DNA of 64,000 nucleotides from Squalus acanthias (taxonomy: Eukaryota). The stretch is taken from positions 13,454,001-13,518,000 of the forward strand of contig CM059449.1 of the NCBI GenBank assembly GCA_030390025.1, in the 5' to 3' direction. Below the pieces are notes generated by a model. That model saw only the letters and a list, made by a program, of their open reading frames with translations. It was not told the origin of the DNA and made no database searches. Both the position numbers and the translations under genes were made by a program. This document shows, piece after piece, positions 62,745 through 64,000 of this stretch; the first letter of the stretch is position 1; each line of letters opens with the position of its first letter.

Positions 62745-64000
62745 GACCACGGGAGATTCAAAAGGTGAGCGAGAGCAGCTGGAGAGCGCGAGACCTCGGG
62801 AGATTCAAAAGGTGAGTGAGAGCGGCTGGAGAGCGCGAGACCTCGGGAGATTCAAAAGGTGAGCGAGAGCGGCTGGAGAGTGCGAGACCTCGGCGGCTGA
62901 TTTAAAAGGTGAGCGAGAGCGGCTACAACGGACCGGTGAGTGTAAAGAAGGACTGTAAAAGGTAATCGAAGTGTGACATCACAGAAAGCAGGTAAGTGAT
63001 TGGTTGGTGAGTATTTCTCTATTTCTCGCTTTTTTCCAAACTTGGGCGTCTATATTTAAGTGCCTTGCTGTAGATTAAAAGATATACGTGTTCCAAATTT
63101 TATAACTAATTAATTAATTAACTGAGATGGGAGACCAGGCAATGTGTTGTTGTTGTTGCATGTGGGAGCTGGTGGACACCATTGAGGTCCAAGGCGACCA
63201 CATCTGCAGCAAATGTTGGCTGCTGGAGGAACTTCGGCTCAGAGTTGATGAGCTGGAGTCTGAGCTTCAGATACTGCGACACATTAGGGAGGAGGAGCGT
63301 TACTTGGACACTAAGTTCCAGGAGGCAGTCACACCCACTAGAGTAATTACTTCCAATTTGGCCCATGGTCAGGGACAGGAGGGTGTGACTACAAGCGAGG
63401 CAGGTATTGGGATCCAGGAGGTAGTGATGGAGGAGCCCAAGGCCTTGTCTAACAGGTCCGAGATTCTTCTTCTCTGTGTGGATGAGGGCAGGGACTGCAG
63501 GGAGGATGAGCAATCTGACCACAGCACCGTGGTACAGGGAGCCATTCAAGTGGGGGAGTAAAAAGAAATGTTGTAGTGAGAGGGGACAGTATGGTTAGGG
63601 GGATAGATACTGTTCTCTGCAGCCGAGAGCGTGAGTCCGGAAGGCTGTGCTGCCTGCCCAGTGCCAGGGTTAAGGACATCTCCTCTGGGCTGGAGAGAAA
63701 CTTGGAGTGGGAGGGGGAAGATCCAGTTGTCATGGTCCACGTAGGTACCAATGACATAGGTAGGACATAGAATGAGGTTCTGCTGAGAGAGTATGAGCAG
63801 CTAGGGGCTAAATTAAAAAGCAGAACCACAAAGGTAAATATTATTTAAATGGAGTGAGACTATAAAATGCTGCAGTACAAAGGGCTCTGGGGGTCCTAGT
63901 ACATGAAACACAAAAACTTAGCATGCAGGTACAGCAAGTAATTAGGAAGGCTAATGGAATGTTGGACTTTATTGCAAGGGGTATGGAGTATAAAAGTAGG
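62745..64000 (+). mobile_element. CR1 5' portion with frameshifted ORF1, joined at about 63835 to RT-region sequence
   Basis: CCCCMWE..CSKC..LRLRVDELESEL; GDSMVRG..VHVGTND*; then ..KLSMQVQQVIRKANGML. Confidence 0.82.
62750..62924 (+). repeat. 47-bp tandem repeat (about 3.7 copies) in a CR1 5' UTR
   Basis: cgggagattcaaaaggtgagcgagagcggctggagagcgcgagacct at 62750, 62797, 62844 and 62891. Confidence 0.85.

Noticed and set aside
62750-62924. CRISPR-like array
   Set aside because: Head-to-tail tandem units without unique spacers, in a vertebrate LINE 5' UTR.

Overview
Cartilaginous-fish (shark-type) genomic DNA, judged from its repeat content: CR1/HER1-type LINEs, Deu-domain SacSINE1-like and V-domain HE1-like tRNA-SINEs, Penelope-like elements, RTE/L2 fragments and MITEs. 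Well over half the window is transposon-derived, and most ORFs in the supplied track are repeat fragments. Three host genes can be read from the sequence. (1) The last coding exon of DDAH2 (+, 1937-2053), an MHC class III marker. (2) 'Receptor B', a complete 5-exon minus-strand gene (24042->7852, 252 aa) lying tail-to-tail with DDAH2. It encodes a leader, one NKp30/NCR3-like VJ-type IgV domain, a Cys stalk, an uncharged TM and a tail with PxxPxR, YxN and ITIM-like motifs. (3) 'Receptor A', a tandem upstream paralogue (59749->51783, tail exon unresolved) with the same leader/V/Cys-stalk plan but a Lys in the TM. Together A and B look like a paired activating/inhibitory-costimulatory single-V receptor system in the shark MHC class III region. 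Also present: Penelope-derived palindromes carrying minimal, probably dimer-dependent hammerhead ribozymes with covarying stems inside introns of both receptors, a full-length CR1 nested in another CR1, unusually long duplications flanking LINE insertions, and candidate CTCF sites. All exon models were assembled by eye from splice signals and phase, and homologies come from remembered sequences; no searches were run. Repeat boundaries are approximate.
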